Assembly: GCA_964416035.1 (NCBI GenBank)
Contig: CAYQCQ010000001.1
Location: 1 to 52,749 of the forward strand
Origin: an uncultured Candidatus Bathyarchaeia archaeon
GTDB taxonomy: Archaea; Thermoproteota; Bathyarchaeia; 40CM-2-53-6; JALHTG01
Direction of reading: 5' to 3'
Length of the DNA: 52,749 bases
Shown here: positions 41,988-51,617 of the stretch, piece after piece
Layout: each line of letters starts with the position of its first letter
Position numbering within the stretch: position 1 is the stretch's first letter
Notes under the pieces: generated by a model
Database searches by the model: none
The model's input: the letters and a program-made list of their open reading frames with translations, nothing else
Told to the model about the DNA's origin: nothing
Program-made: the position numbers and the translations under genes

Positions 41988-44858
41988 CTAGAGAAATCTG
42001 TCTCTTAGCGCATTTCTCTCGGCTTCCATGATAAGCTCAAAAAGCCGGTCGCAGACATGTCTCTCTCGTTCTAGGACAAATTCGGCTTCAAGAGGATCTA
42101 CTCGGCGACCAGCCAAGACATAGGCTGCAACTCTTCCATGCTTCTTTATCAGGTCTGCTGTATCCCTTGCTAGCTCTAGTGTTTCTTGATCTCTTGCAGA
42201 GATGCTTCGACCTCTCTTCTTCGCTATAGCCAATACTTCCTCCTCGGAGAGTGGAAGCATCCCGATTGCCTTAGACTTGCACTTTGGGCATCTTGGCCTG
42301 AGGGGTAGGTCCTTCAGCTGTTTCATCTCCACGTATTGCAAACATGATGTGCATATGAAAGTTCTCGCCTCATTCAATATTCTCACTCGAGTGGATTCGA
42401 TGAGGATTCGCTTCATTTTCTCAGGAGGAATAAGGTCTGTCCTTCGGCTGAGTCTTTCCATTCCGATACGTGTGATCGGAGTCGCCTCACCCTTGCTGTC
42501 AATTGGTTGAACCTGAACGGTGCCGTCACGAATGTCTCTTAGGATCTTCATCATGTTCAGCACATCTGAATCCTTCTCAAGCGTTTCCTTCAATGATTCT
42601 TCTACCACGACGGTCCCCTCCAAGGTTTTCATCAACTGGTCTAACCGTAGGCTGCTGAAATCTACCTTTCGAGATATCGCGCCGAACCTTCTCGCCACAT
42701 GCACCAATCTTCTCTTGAAGAGTCCTGTCTTCATCAAAGCCTTCTTGAGTTCTGTTGCAACATCTCGATCGCCCAACTCTCTGAGCATTTCTGAAATCCG
42801 TTGGGATGTGATCGCTCCAGCGGTCTGAAGGACTATACGATAGGCATCTTGTTGAACCCCAATTGTGTAACCTGTCTCTTCGGAGAGAATATGGCCTAAG
42901 AGCCGTGCCAAAGTACGATTAACTAGCGTCCCAAGGTTAGCATTGATGATTATGTAGTCTTCCCATTCCTCGATTGTGATCAATCGATCCGAGGGGACCG
43001 GAATTCCTCTGTCGACTTGATCAAAAACTTCCTGAAGCGCGCGCTCCACAGTCTCAGGGCTGGCTGGATATGTACTCGAGAACTCTTCCGCAACCTGTCT
43101 CCTCTCTGCTTTCCTCAGATATTTCTCTGCTGCAAGCCCTCTTATACGACCGACCTCTTGAGCCACCTCGAACGGAACAGGTATTTCTTCGCCGACCCAG
43201 CTGGGTATCGCGCCTGACGGGTCCGAGATCGGTCTTACATGAATCTTGTCACCTCGGACTCTGAGAATCTTCCAAGGGCTACCTCTCACAATGAACTTCG
43301 TGTCCGGTACGCCGTATTCGGCCACAAACGCCTCATCCAGCACCCCCACCGGAGTATCTGTCGAATCATCTATGATGAGGTATTGTTTCTCATCTGGGAT
43401 CATGGATAGTTTGTTGAAGTAGTACTCGTACATGTCCTTGATTCTCTGCGGCCTGAGAACCACTTTGTCTTGGAAGGAGACCCAAGCCAAGCGAGGGTAT
43501 CTCGCGTGCATATAGGTTAAGACATTCTTGAGGTCATCCTCTGTTAGGTTTCGGTAGGGGTAGGCCTTAGTGAATAAGTCTAAGATCTCGTTGAAGTACC
43601 ATCTGCGTTGTTGGATCAGAAGGCCTACGATCTGATGCGTCAAGGCGTCAAACGGCTTCTCTGGTATCGAAACTGGTTCCAGAATCTCCTCGTAAGTTCT
43701 TCTCGCAATAACCAAGGTTTCCAATGTGTCGTCTGAATCCATCGATATAATGACCCCATCCGCCATTCGGCCCATGCTATGTCCGCTGCGGCCAACACGC
43801 TGGACAAGGCGGGTTACTTGTCTAGGGCTCATGTACTGTATGACAAAGTCGATTCTACCCACGTCTATTCCGAGTTCAAGGGAGGAGGTGCATACCAACC
43901 CCTTCAGCCCCCCTTCCTTGAGCCCTCTTTCAGCAGTAATCCTTGAGGGCTTTGACAGCGAGCCATGGTGAATCGAAACCGGGAAGTCAACATCCCAGAT
44001 CTTGAATCTACTCGCTAGGACTTCTGCGATAGCACGAGTATTGGTGAAGAGCAAGACCGACTGATGGTTCTGAATGAGACTGCGCATCAGCCTAAGCCTG
44101 GCAGCGACGTCCGGATGCGTGTATAATCGGGATGCTAGAGCATAGTCTGCTGGAACTGGCTCAGGAAATTGTACCGCAAGTCTCATCTTCCTTGCAACAG
44201 GAACTTTGACTATCTCAGCTTTTCTGCTGCTGCCGACTAGGAACTGCGCAACGGCTTCAGCGCTTCCAACTGTTGCAGACAGTCCCACAAGTTGGAAATC
44301 TCTCATCGTAATCCATCTTAGTCGCTCAAGCGCGAGGGAAAGTTGGCTTCCACGTTTATCCTCTGCTAGTTCATGAACCTCATCCACTATGACCCATCGG
44401 ACGCCAGCAAGGTGTCGCTTCATCAACCTTCCAGGAAGGATTGCTTGTAGCGTTTCAGGAGTAGTAATCAGCATATCAGGAGGGCTTCTGGCTTGGCGTC
44501 CCCTCTCCTTGATTTCAGTGTCTCCGTGCCTTACAGCAACCTTCACATCGACCCTGTTACACCACCATTCCAACCTTTCAAGAAGATCCCGGTTCAGAGC
44601 ACGAAGAGGCGTAATGTACAGTATCTTGATTCCTCCGGGACTTTCTCGATTCAAGATGTGAAGAGTGAGAATGGGGAGCACGGCTGACTCAGTCTTCCCC
44701 GATGCGGTCGGAGCGATCAAGAGAACATTCTTTCCCTCTAGGATTAGAGGAATAGCCTTCCTTTGGGGCTCCGTGGGTTCGAGGAAACCCCTCTCCTTGA
44801 CAGCCTCTCTGATAGGCTTAGCAAGCATTGAGAAAACTTCTGTCTCCTGCAGCACCAT
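41988..44858 (-). CDS. lhr: Lhr-type superfamily-2 ATP-dependent helicase (paralogue 2) with a C-terminal zinc ribbon
   Basis: - It has Walker A APTASGKTESA, box VIVDEVHEL and motif VI RVGRSGH.
- Its C-terminal architecture matches the gene at 2324..5266.
- The zinc ribbon is CTSCL-x18-CPKCK. Confidence 0.9.
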   Translation of the reverse strand: MVLQETEVFSMLAKPIREAVKERGFLEPTEPQRKAIPLILEGKNVLLIAPTASGKTESAVLPILTLHILNRESPGGIKILYITPLRALNRDLLERLEWWCNRVDVKVAVRHGDTEIKERGRQARSPPDMLITTPETLQAILPGRLMKRHLAGVRWVIVDEVHELAEDKRGSQLSLALERLRWITMRDFQLVGLSATVGSAEAVAQFLVGSSRKAEIVKVPVARKMRLAVQFPEPVPADYALASRLYTHPDVAARLRLMRSLIQNHQSVLLFTNTRAIAEVLASRFKIWDVDFPVSIHHGSLSKPSRITAERGLKEGGLKGLVCTSSLELGIDVGRIDFVIQYMSPRQVTRLVQRVGRSGHSMGRMADGVIISMDSDDTLETLVIARRTYEEILEPVSIPEKPFDALTHQIVGLLIQQRRWYFNEILDLFTKAYPYRNLTEDDLKNVLTYMHARYPRLAWVSFQDKVVLRPQRIKDMYEYYFNKLSMIPDEKQYLIIDDSTDTPVGVLDEAFVAEYGVPDTKFIVRGSPWKILRVRGDKIHVRPISDPSGAIPSWVGEEIPVPFEVAQEVGRIRGLAAEKYLRKAERRQVAEEFSSTYPASPETVERALQEVFDQVDRGIPVPSDRLITIEEWEDYIIINANLGTLVNRTLARLLGHILSEETGYTIGVQQDAYRIVLQTAGAITSQRISEMLRELGDRDVATELKKALMKTGLFKRRLVHVARRFGAISRKVDFSSLRLDQLMKTLEGTVVVEESLKETLEKDSDVLNMMKILRDIRDGTVQVQPIDSKGEATPITRIGMERLSRRTDLIPPEKMKRILIESTRVRILNEARTFICTSCLQYVEMKQLKDLPLRPRCPKCKSKAIGMLPLSEEEVLAIAKKRGRSISARDQETLELARDTADLIKKHGRVAAYVLAGRRVDPLEAEFVLERERHVCDRLFELIMEAERNALRDRFL

Positions 44859-44989
44859 CAGAGAGTCAGCGTCTCATTGAAGAAGAATCTGAAATAAAAA
44901 CATGCAAAGCCCACGGGCTCCTCCTTTCATCAAAGCTCTAATTGGCATGCCTGCCGAGCCCCTTGAAACCGAACAACCGATGGAGTGTC

Positions 44990-46213
44990 TCAAAAAGGTT
45001 GGAGTCTTGAAATCGCTTCCCTAATTCTTTGAACAGCCTCAACTATCTTATCATAAGCGGTGGCAAAAGACATTCGCATGTAGCCTTCTCCGCTAGGTCC
45101 GAAGAAGTTTCCACCAACTGAAACCACATGGGCAGAAGCGAAAAGGAAATCCATCAGCTGCTCAGAGGTACTCTCTGCAACTGCTCTATGTTCCGCCAGA
45201 TAGCTTCTGATAGCCTTCCCTCTGTCTTTCATAAGCTTCTTCACGCTTGGAAAAGCATAGAAAGTGCCTGATGGCGCTTGACAGGAGATTCCATCGATTC
45301 TGTTGAGCTCGGCAACAATCATCTTTCTTCTTCGGTCGTATTCACTTACCATCTCTCTGACGCAGTCTTGAGGCCCTGTAAGGGCTGCGTATGCCGCTCT
45401 TTGCGAAACAGCGGGTGCGCAGATAGCGCAGTATTGGTGAATCTTTAGAAGTTCATCCATCAATACTTTCGGGCATGCAAGATAGCCAACTCTCCATCCA
45501 GTCATGGCATAGGCCTTCGAGAAGCCGTTGACAAGGAATGTTCGGTCTCTCATGCCATCGACCGATGCTATGCTCGTATGGACTGAGCATTCGTATACAA
45601 TCTTCTCGTAGATCTCATCGGATACGACGAATAAGTCGTGGTTCACAGCGAGTTCACCCATCTCCTCGATCGTGTCCCTTGGATAGACGGAGCCCGTGGG
45701 ATTACAGGGACTTGGAATTACCATTGCCTTTGTATGTTTGGTAATTTCCCTGCTCACCGCCTGAGAATCAGGAATCCACTTGCTCCCCTCAGAGATTGGT
45801 ACGTAAACAGGCACGCCTCCGGCTAGTCTTACGCTTGGTCCATACGCCATGTACGAGGGATCTGGAAGGAGAACCTCGTCACCTGGGTCAACAATGGTTT
45901 GCAGCGCTATGCTTAGCGCCTCGCTACTTCCCATTGTCACAAGAATCTCGTCTGGTGCGTACTCTAATCCATTTTCGTCCCGCAGCTTGTGAGCAATTGC
46001 GCTTCTGAGGTCTGAGTCGCCTAGTACTCCTGTGTAGTGAGTGCACCCGTCTTTCAATGCGCTTACGCCAGCATCAACTATGTGTTGAGGAGTCGCAAAG
46101 TCTGGTTCTCCCGCTCCAAGACTTATTACATCAGGATGCGTTTTTGCCATGTCGAGGAACTTTCTGATACCTAAGGGAGAAATCGTTGTAAGACGCTTGG
46201 CAGTTGGCTTCAA
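44990..46213 (-). CDS. class I/II PLP-dependent aminotransferase (aspartate aminotransferase-like)
   Basis: - SKAYAMTGWRVGY carries the PLP lysine motif.
- NPTG and the GEPDF N-terminal motifs are present. Confidence 0.9.
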   Translation of the reverse strand: MKPTAKRLTTISPLGIRKFLDMAKTHPDVISLGAGEPDFATPQHIVDAGVSALKDGCTHYTGVLGDSDLRSAIAHKLRDENGLEYAPDEILVTMGSSEALSIALQTIVDPGDEVLLPDPSYMAYGPSVRLAGGVPVYVPISEGSKWIPDSQAVSREITKHTKAMVIPSPCNPTGSVYPRDTIEEMGELAVNHDLFVVSDEIYEKIVYECSVHTSIASVDGMRDRTFLVNGFSKAYAMTGWRVGYLACPKVLMDELLKIHQYCAICAPAVSQRAAYAALTGPQDCVREMVSEYDRRRKMIVAELNRIDGISCQAPSGTFYAFPSVKKLMKDRGKAIRSYLAEHRAVAESTSEQLMDFLFASAHVVSVGGNFFGPSGEGYMRMSFATAYDKIVEAVQRIREAISRLQPF

Positions 46214-46322
46214 CGCCGTCCTCTACCTGAGATGTGGCTACATCGTGTGCTACGTACTTAAGGCATACAGTCCTCTAGGAACACTTCGCTATTGAAACTA
46301 GTGGAACGCTGATGATCAATGA

Positions 46323-46354
46323 ACGTGTAAGTCACCAAAAGAATTAACTTACGT
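46323..46354 (+). promoter_or_regulatory. inverted-repeat operator candidate upstream of padR
   Basis: ACGTGTAAGT-N14-ACTTACGT lies 35 nt upstream of the padR start. The arms match 8/8 with a one-nucleotide bulge, and the spacer is AT-rich. Confidence 0.3.
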
Positions 46355-46388
46355 CTACGCAGATAGTTCGGTTGGTGCCGGAATCTCC

Positions 46389-46727
46389 TTGAGCAAGACT
46401 CCCAACAGAATCTGGAAGGAGAGGGTCGTAAAGACTGGTCTCGACCTAATCATTCTGAGATTGCTGATCGAGAAACCGAGGTGGGGCTATGAGATCAACA
46501 TGGAGATTCGCGACAAGTTTGATGTCTATCTCAGCGCGGGCACTTTGTATCCTCTGCTTCACCTACTCGAAGAAAGGGGGTTCGTGGAAGGGGTATGGGA
46601 GTCAGAGAAAGGGAGAGGCCGTAGAATCTACAGGATAACTGAACGGGGAAAGGAGTTTCTGCTTGCTGGGCAGAGAGCACTTGAAGATCTAGTGCAGAAA
46701 GTTAGGACAGAAGCCAAACGGACGTAG
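46389..46727 (+). CDS. padR: PadR-family transcriptional regulator
   Basis: LIILRLLIEKPRWGYEINMEI....SAGTLYPLLHLLEERGFVEG.W......RRIYRITERGKE is the PadR winged-helix signature. Confidence 0.85.
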   Translation: MSKTPNRIWKERVVKTGLDLIILRLLIEKPRWGYEINMEIRDKFDVYLSAGTLYPLLHLLEERGFVEGVWESEKGRGRRIYRITERGKEFLLAGQRALEDLVQKVRTEAKRT

Positions 46728-46769
46728 GCGCACTCATATCACAACGTTAATTATACCTGCCGTCCGAGT

Positions 46770-47408
46770 ATGCCGAGAAATATGTTTGTCAGGGCGAACA
46801 GAAGTTTGACAAGCGCTCTCAGAAAGAGTCTCTCTTATGTCACGCGGAACGAGCTCGCGAAGACTGCGGCGGTGCTTGCGTTGGTTGTGTTAGCCGAGTA
46901 CGCCGTGTTCTTCGGTCTCCGAGTTACATTCCGAACCGAATACCTCCCTTTCCATCCAGTCTCATCTGGGAGCATGGTTCCGACACTCAATGTGGGAGAC
47001 CTGATCGTGGTCAGAGGAGTCGAACCGCAACTTGTGAGTGTCGGCGATATCATAGTCTTTCACAGTCCGAGGGACCACGATATGTTAATAGTTCACAGAG
47101 TTGTGGGAATCAATAATCAAGGAGGAAGACTATACTTTGAGACTAAAGGGGACAATAATCCGGCAAAGGATAGCTGGTCTCCGTATCCAGGGGTCCCTGA
47201 AACTCACTTGGTTGGCGTCGTAATAGGCAAGGTGGCGTATCTCGGCTACATAATTCTAGCCCTGAAGGAACCGTTGGGCATGGCTGCGATAATCCTACTG
47301 ACTGCCCTCGTAGTTATCTATGAGTTCATAGTTCCTGCAGTAAAGAAAAGTCGAAAGAAGAATGGCCAGGAGCTGCCTACGAGTCCAAAGTTGGCTTCTG
47401 GGCTTTGA
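46770..47408 (+). CDS. archaeal type I signal peptidase (S26B/Sec11-like)
   Basis: - It has an N-terminal TM helix.
- The catalytic Ser lies in SGSMVPTLNVGDLIVV.
- HRVV and TKGDNN boxes follow, then a C-terminal TM helix. Confidence 0.8.
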   Translation: MPRNMFVRANRSLTSALRKSLSYVTRNELAKTAAVLALVVLAEYAVFFGLRVTFRTEYLPFHPVSSGSMVPTLNVGDLIVVRGVEPQLVSVGDIIVFHSPRDHDMLIVHRVVGINNQGGRLYFETKGDNNPAKDSWSPYPGVPETHLVGVVIGKVAYLGYIILALKEPLGMAAIILLTALVVIYEFIVPAVKKSRKKNGQELPTSPKLASGL

Positions 47409-47425
47409 GAGGCGCCAAACGCAAC

Positions 47426-47442
47426 TTTTAAAGTATATATAA
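47426..47442 (+). promoter_or_regulatory. strong TATA-box region upstream of the TBP gene
   Basis: TTTTAAAGTATATATAA lies about 55-70 nt upstream of the TTG start at 47498. Confidence 0.45.
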
Positions 47443-47497
47443 GCTGCCTATACCTTCGTAGGGCTCCGCACATATTCAGCTCAAGGGTTGTAGAAGT

Positions 47498-48061
47498 TTG
47501 GCAAAGAGAAAGCCGGCTTTCACCAACATAGAGAACGTCGTCGCCTCCGCGACTCTCAGGCAGGACATAGATCTCGGCTCCATCGTCCGAATATTTCCCG
47601 GAGTCGAGTATCGTCCAGAACAATTTCCCGGGCTAGTTTACAGGTTGAAGAAACCTAAGACGGCAACATTGATCTTCAGTTCGGGAAAGATGGTTTGCAC
47701 TGGGGCCAAATCTGAACGGCAGGCCAAGAAGGCAGTGATGAAGGTTGTGGATGAACTCAAGAAGAACGGAATCGTCATTGTGGGGAAGCCAGATATTCAG
47801 ATACAAAACATTGTCGCCTCCGCAGGACTGGGCGGATCCATTGACCTTGAAAAATCAACATACTCGTTGAAGAGGACGATGTATGAGCCCGAGCAGTTCC
47901 CTGGCTTGATCTACCGCATGGATGATCCGAAAGTCGTTATCCTGCTGTTCGCAAGTGGGAAGCTCGTATGCACCGGAGCGAAGAAGGAGGAGGAGGTTCA
48001 CCGCGCCGTCAGCGTGCTTCAAGAAACCCTTGAGCAGAAGGAGCTCATTAAATACGATTAG
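47498..48061 (+). CDS. tbp: TATA-box-binding protein
   Basis: Two direct repeats are diagnostic: IENVVASA...EQFPGLVYRL..PK.A.LIFSSGKMVCTGAKS and IQNIVASA...EQFPGLIYRM..PKVV.LLFASGKLVCTGAKK. Confidence 0.95.
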   Translation: MAKRKPAFTNIENVVASATLRQDIDLGSIVRIFPGVEYRPEQFPGLVYRLKKPKTATLIFSSGKMVCTGAKSERQAKKAVMKVVDELKKNGIVIVGKPDIQIQNIVASAGLGGSIDLEKSTYSLKRTMYEPEQFPGLIYRMDDPKVVILLFASGKLVCTGAKKEEEVHRAVSVLQETLEQKELIKYD

Positions 48062-48138
48062 TATGGATCCACCCCGAAACGCAAGTCCCGCAAGTCCTAG
48101 TTCTGCCTTCGCTGAAGCACCGACTCTGCAATGAAGCC

Positions 48139-49401
48139 TCATCCATCGATTTCTTTGAAGCCGACTAATAGACCCTTTCTTACCATGAGTTCACGGACGA
48201 TTGCGTCGCCTCGCTGCATCCCCTCCGGTAAATTGAGCATTCTCCAGAGTCTACTCTTCAGTTCGGCGACCTTTTCCAGAACTTCTGTTCTAAGGCTTGC
48301 TTCGATATGAGTGACTTTGCGCCTGAAGTATCCGTACTCGATCCCATCGATGAATGCCACGGAAAGATCCTCTCCCATGGATCTCGGTCGGAAATCTTCC
48401 ACATATTGGGAAATGTGGCTCAGAATAGGTGGTTCGGATAGAGCATATGCCATGGGGGAAGCTCTCGGCTCAAATCTTCCCTTCCCAATTCTCTCAGCTG
48501 ATTCAAGTGGATTCATCACATACGTCAGGCATTCCAGCTCTATCTGTTTGAACCTTTTGTCGCTAACCAGCTGGCACATATGGAAGTCAGTTATCCATGT
48601 TGAATCTTCGTTGACCATGTGGTTGCCTACGTGTGAGTTTGTCATAACACCTCCGTACCGCAAGACGCTACCATGAAGGATACCATTGTCATGGAGCAGC
48701 CTCAGGTTTTTTCCGCATGACGATCCAAGCCACTTCAGGTAGTCTTTGCAGTTTCCGTCATCGAGTTCGTTCCCTAGTTCAGGCGAGATGAAGCCATATA
48801 GTATCTCATCGACTCTGATGTCTGTCGGCTGCAGGCTATAGACCGACGCGGCATCCATCGATCGGCTGCATCTCGCAAACTCTTCCAAGAGCCGATTCAT
48901 GTCAGCGCCTTTGAGGTATTCGAAGAGTTCAGGTCTATCCTTGAATTCTTTGACAGAAAGATTTCTGAGGATCCCAATTCCGACAGGCTTCGGTGACGGG
49001 GCAAAGTCGTAAATCCTCTGCATCCATCGTAATTCGTTTTCAGCCTCTTCGATCTGCGAAAAGCCCCAGATGAAAGTTCCTGAACCGATGCGATCATTCG
49101 ATAAGAAGTAGGAATATATGCGTCCCTTCTTCAAGATTGGTTGGGAGACACCGCTCGGTATTCCAACTGCCTTGGCCTTAAGCCAGCACTCCCCTTGCGG
49201 CAGAATGATCGACCTGTTCCCGCTCGTATAGGCTTCAAACCTTTCCGATTCCGGATGCGTCAGGATGCATTGCACAGGTGCTTTTCCGCTAGGAAACGGG
49301 TAGTTACCGGGATCGAGTAGCCTTGTCTCTGCATCTACGAGAATAAATGGAACCTTTGGTCCCCTCAGTTTCTTAACGAGGTCTTCTGCGCTATGCCTCA
49401 T
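48139..49401 (-). CDS. hypothetical protein with protein-kinase-like (ELK/APH-like) sequence features
   Basis: - A 420-aa ORF.
- CWLKAKAVG resembles a beta3 Lys.
- EAENELRWM resembles the alphaC Glu.
- LRLLHDNGILHGS resembles a catalytic loop, but with Ser where Asp is expected.
- WITDFHM is DFG-like.
- This is a weak call made by eye. Confidence 0.55.
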   Translation of the reverse strand: MRHSAEDLVKKLRGPKVPFILVDAETRLLDPGNYPFPSGKAPVQCILTHPESERFEAYTSGNRSIILPQGECWLKAKAVGIPSGVSQPILKKGRIYSYFLSNDRIGSGTFIWGFSQIEEAENELRWMQRIYDFAPSPKPVGIGILRNLSVKEFKDRPELFEYLKGADMNRLLEEFARCSRSMDAASVYSLQPTDIRVDEILYGFISPELGNELDDGNCKDYLKWLGSSCGKNLRLLHDNGILHGSVLRYGGVMTNSHVGNHMVNEDSTWITDFHMCQLVSDKRFKQIELECLTYVMNPLESAERIGKGRFEPRASPMAYALSEPPILSHISQYVEDFRPRSMGEDLSVAFIDGIEYGYFRRKVTHIEASLRTEVLEKVAELKSRLWRMLNLPEGMQRGDAIVRELMVRKGLLVGFKEIDG

Positions 49402-49540
49402 TAGGACTCACACACGCAATCCCCGTCACCGACAGGGTTGTGACTATCATAGTGAAAGGTATTCCGCTCTGCTTCTTTCCAGCCGAGAACTGTTCTCTAG
49501 CATTCATCTTTCTTGTTGTACTGCATGCTCGCGGCATGGA

Positions 49541-50632
49541 TCAGCTAGGGACGGTGGATTGGTATCTTTCTGAGAAATGTTTCTTGAGTTTCTGCGCTAG
49601 GTTTTCAGAGGTATCGTATGACTCTCCTTCCATAAGTATCGCTTGTAGACCCCAAATGTCGCTTACATACGGCTGCTTGTAGCCGAAGCGCCCTAGAACC
49701 CTCATACCCACGCGGAAGTATTTCTGTGAATCTTCTCCTAAGGGTCCTGAGTACAAGGCAAAATTGAAGCAGGAGACTTTTTCGTCTTCATAGAAGCTCA
49801 GGACTCTTGCCAGTCCTTCAGCAAACGCTCTGAAATCCTTATCCGTCATATCGAAGAAACTTGAATGTCGTCTGCTGATGGCCCAAACCTCGTAAGTGCT
49901 GGTTGGAGCAAATGGCGTCAACCAAGCCGTCTCGTCAATGTCTCCTATGTAACGTTGACTGTGCTTTTCCTCTGTAAGAAGCTCAAGCCAGTAGTTTCTC
50001 ATGTTTACCGAGTAGTATTCCTTGCTCTTCTCCAACAGTTCCCTAATCAATTGAAGTTGCAGGTCGCTTGCTACAACATGGATATGTGGATGAATTATTG
50101 TTGAGCCGGATAGAGGAAAATAGTTTCCCACGAAAGACGCGTAGAAGGTCCTATTGCATAATGTCCAGAGTCTTTTCAGATAAGTCGATCCAGCTTTGAA
50201 AGCATCGTACACTCTCTTCGGAGCCAGCTCTTTAGGTGGAAGATAATGGTCTCTACCCAGAACTGCCACAGCGTTATGATCCATATGTGCAAACAATCCC
50301 GGGAATAGAACCGCATCTCCCACGGCTATTTTCCCTTCAGGTGCAATGGTGGATGGGAACTTTGGGGTCGAACGTTCAAGTTGCTCCGGACAGAATGGAC
50401 AACGCGTCTTTGTTTCTTCAACAACTCTTGAGATTTCCTGATCGTCGGATTCGAAAAGCTTCTTGATATATTGGAACCTGCCTGCCGTGACTACGGTGCT
50501 TCGCCCAGTTAGTGGATCATACCTATGCTCCACAATCTGCTTCTCCAGCTCATAGTTTTTTAATGGAGTGAGTAGCTCTGCGAATCTTGTTTCCTTTCTG
50601 AACTTTATGCCCATTGATACACGCCTCGCCAT
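49541..50632 (-). CDS. GalT-like hexose-1-phosphate nucleotidyltransferase (HIT superfamily)
   Basis: - EHRYDPLTGRSTVV matches the GalT N-terminal motif.
- CPFCPE is the zinc site.
- HPHIHV is the catalytic His-x-His.
- The track start at 50746 adds an implausible 38-aa leader. Met39 (50632) or Met45 (50614) is more likely. Confidence 0.8.
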   Translation of the reverse strand: MARRVSMGIKFRKETRFAELLTPLKNYELEKQIVEHRYDPLTGRSTVVTAGRFQYIKKLFESDDQEISRVVEETKTRCPFCPEQLERSTPKFPSTIAPEGKIAVGDAVLFPGLFAHMDHNAVAVLGRDHYLPPKELAPKRVYDAFKAGSTYLKRLWTLCNRTFYASFVGNYFPLSGSTIIHPHIHVVASDLQLQLIRELLEKSKEYYSVNMRNYWLELLTEEKHSQRYIGDIDETAWLTPFAPTSTYEVWAISRRHSSFFDMTDKDFRAFAEGLARVLSFYEDEKVSCFNFALYSGPLGEDSQKYFRVGMRVLGRFGYKQPYVSDIWGLQAILMEGESYDTSENLAQKLKKHFSERYQSTVPS

Positions 50633-50758
50633 TCGAAACCTATAACAGAGATGCCATAGAAAGATAGCGGATCTACAAGAAGGTAGACTCTCAATCTGAA
50701 GTTGCGGATACGAGCCATAGCCGTCAACAGAAAGATGGAAAAACAAGGATCGACAATA

Positions 50759-51535
50759 CTATGATTGAGTACCAAGAGAATTGATATCTTTCGCATCATT
50801 CCACAGATATTCAAAATAGTTCTTGGCAAATCTGGCGAGGCCGACATGGTCTGACCAGATAGCTAGAGCTGTTCGTCCGCCTTCCTCTTCGAGCATTAAC
50901 ATCACCTCTTGCACGTCCGACACTATGCCTCCGCCAAACATTTGGCCTCGCACTGTCACTTCCGCGAATCCGGAGGCCTCCTTCAGAGTTTCCTTTTCGA
51001 CATTTTCCGTGGTCATGAGTCGGATCTTGACACCTCGGCTCCTGAGGTGGAGAAGCGTCGGAGATACCAGATCTAGCATCTCTCCTGTAAATCCTGGGAC
51101 CGCCATCAAGATCTCTTTGGTGGACCTTTCCAGCGTCTCTCTTATCTTGGACATTATGTTGAACTCTCCGCGAACGATCCAAATGTCAGGTCTCTCCTGA
51201 GACTCTCTCTTCTGGAAGATGGGGGTCAGTTCACCAAGGACCTGTGTTTCACTGGCCTTGAGAAGTCTCTCACGTCTAAGCCTAGTGGCCTCAAGCGCAT
51301 CAGGCGGTGACCGCGGATAGTACTTTAGTGGACGGCCCGACTCGGTCTCAATCCAACCCTTTCGATCGAGGCTTCCTAGAACTTCATAGATCTTCGAGTA
51401 AGGGACTGGTGCCATCTCGCTGATTTCGCTTGCAGCCATGCTTCCTTTTTGAAGGAGGGCCACGTATGCCCTTGTCTCGTATTCCGTCAGGCCAAGGTCT
51501 TGGAGTGCCCTTCTTGTCTTCTCACTGATTGACAA
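50759..51535 (-). CDS. trmB: TrmB-family transcriptional regulator (sugar-sensing type, with a C-terminal effector domain)
   Basis: - LGLTEYETRAYVALLQKGSMAASEISEMAPVPYSKIYEVLGSLDRKGWIE is the TrmB winged helix.
- The 258-aa length implies a ligand domain. Confidence 0.85.
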   Translation of the reverse strand: MSISEKTRRALQDLGLTEYETRAYVALLQKGSMAASEISEMAPVPYSKIYEVLGSLDRKGWIETESGRPLKYYPRSPPDALEATRLRRERLLKASETQVLGELTPIFQKRESQERPDIWIVRGEFNIMSKIRETLERSTKEILMAVPGFTGEMLDLVSPTLLHLRSRGVKIRLMTTENVEKETLKEASGFAEVTVRGQMFGGGIVSDVQEVMLMLEEEGGRTALAIWSDHVGLARFAKNYFEYLWNDAKDINSLGTQS

Positions 51536-51617
51536 TCCTACTTTTCACCGTCTGAGAGGTTCGGAAATCCCTTTATACGGTCAGATGATTGTCTAGTCCC
51601 GATATTTACAACTCTCG

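Noticed and set aside
51536-51617. I looked for a TrmB operator (TGM-like TATCAC-N5-GTGATA) in the trmB/tes divergent spacer.
   Set aside because: Only a weak GTCTGA-N25-TCAGAT inverted pair is present, and nothing resembles known TrmB sites.
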